NCBI GenBank assembly: GCA_002794465.1
Contig: MTSL01000213.1
Coordinates: 84,126-90,015 of the forward strand
Direction: 5' to 3'
Source: Paramicrosporidium saccamoebae KSL3
Taxonomy: Eukaryota; Fungi; Cryptomycota
Length of the DNA stretch: 5,890 nt
Shown here: piece after piece, positions 5,092 through 5,890 of the stretch
How positions within the stretch are numbered: position 1 is the first letter of the stretch
How the letters are laid out: each line of letters begins with the position of its first letter
The notes under the pieces: generated by a model
Databases searched by the model: none
Seen by the model: the letters and a program-made list of their open reading frames with translations, nothing else
What the model was told of the DNA's origin: nothing
Made by a program: the position numbers and the translations under genes

Positions 5092-5890
5092 CATCAGCGT
5101 CAGAGTCGTCTTTGGGATATTTGAGCTTCCGTAAATGGGAGCGTACAATCTGGGACCAATCTTGAGATTCCTTGGAAAGATCCAATTCCGCAAAGGCCCT
5201 GATTACATCTACTTGACCGTCATTGATTCTGGCTAGGAATGGCGCATCTTCTAGCTTTCCTCCAATTATCCACTCCTTTCCAACGCAGGCAATGGTGGAG
5301 GGACGACATCCAGTGGGGAGATTGATGGTCTGAATGGTCTCCACTAAACGACCGTTTTCAAGAGAGACGAGATGGACGGCCGATGTCTTGTCCAGAACAT
5401 AGGCAATTGTAGTGGCGTCTTTGTTCACAGCAATGCCAACAGGATCGAATGAGTCGCCGACTCGGAACACTTGCAACGGCACTTCCTTTTCCAGAGCCCA
5501 TAGCATGAGACACCCATCGCCTCCAATGGAAACAAGTTGCTCCCCTGCAAGCACTATTCCAGAAACATATTCCGTGTGCTGAAGCAAGAATCGCTCAATA
5601 AGCACCGGATGGTCTGCATTAATAAGACGAATCTTTTCATCGCGGTCAGCCATAATTATGTACTGCGGGGTGGCCAGCAGATCCGTGACCATTGATACAC
5701 ACCCAGCAACCACGGTGCTCTTAAAGTCAGTCTTATTGAAGCGCACAATATCGCCAAATTTGTCGCCAACGAGGACGTTTCCGTGCTTGTCAAAGGTGGC
5801 GCTCATGGCAGCCTTATCAAGTGCACCACGGAAATGCTCCTCAAACGTCTTACGGTTCAGTAACCGGACCGACTTGCTGGAATCACACAC
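5087..5890 (-). CDS. TRM82: tRNA (guanine-N7)-methyltransferase non-catalytic WD40 subunit Trm82/WDR4, 5'-truncated by the window edge
   Basis: LVGDKFGDI, AGCVSMVTDL, YIIMADRDEKIRL and IERFLLQHTEYVS match Trm82/WDR4 motifs (ADKFGDV, GHxSMLTD, ADRDEHIR, IExFCLGHxEFVS). The frame is open to position 5890, where the track 'M' is a GTG; a further N-terminal blade is expected upstream. Confidence 0.87.
   Translation of the reverse strand: MCDSSKSVRLLNRKTFEEHFRGALDKAAMSATFDKHGNVLVGDKFGDIVRFNKTDFKSTVVAGCVSMVTDLLATPQYIIMADRDEKIRLINADHPVLIERFLLQHTEYVSGIVLAGEQLVSIGGDGCLMLWALEKEVPLQVFRVGDSFDPVGIAVNKDATTIAYVLDKTSAVHLVSLENGRLVETIQTINLPTGCRPSTIACVGKEWIIGGKLEDAPFLARINDGQVDVIRAFAELDLSKESQDWSQIVRSHLRKLKYPKDDSDADE

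Noticed and set aside
3165-5193. Short ORFs 3165-3428, 3876-4088, 4457-4819, 4730-4915 and 4996-5193
   Set aside because: Alternative-frame shadows of Hsp70 or TRM82 with no supporting motifs.

Overview
A very compact eukaryotic, fungal-affinity locus with five apparently intronless housekeeping genes covering about 92% of the window. In order: proteasome beta-2 subunit (PUP1/PSMB7, +), mitochondrial ATP synthase subunit d (ATP7, -), a divergent Rtt109-family H3K56 acetyltransferase (+), cytosolic Hsp70 ending in EEVD (+), and the 3' part of the tRNA m7G46 methyltransferase WD40 subunit (TRM82/WDR4, -, cut by the window edge). The ORF track uses GTG/TTG starts; I place the real ATG starts at 1492 (ATP7) and 1572 (Rtt109). 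Intergenic gaps are 25, 79, 94 and 151 bp. A canonical heat-shock element and TATA box precede Hsp70. Rtt109 plus ATP synthase plus this degree of compaction suggests a mitochondriate Rozellomycota / early-microsporidia-like organism (inference only). The most unexplained element is a ~75-nt GC-rich, foldable island between the Hsp70 and TRM82 poly(A) signals, which I could not assign to any RNA family. No mobile element, CRISPR array, tRNA or rRNA is supported. I cannot show that a new biological system is present; the findings are leads.
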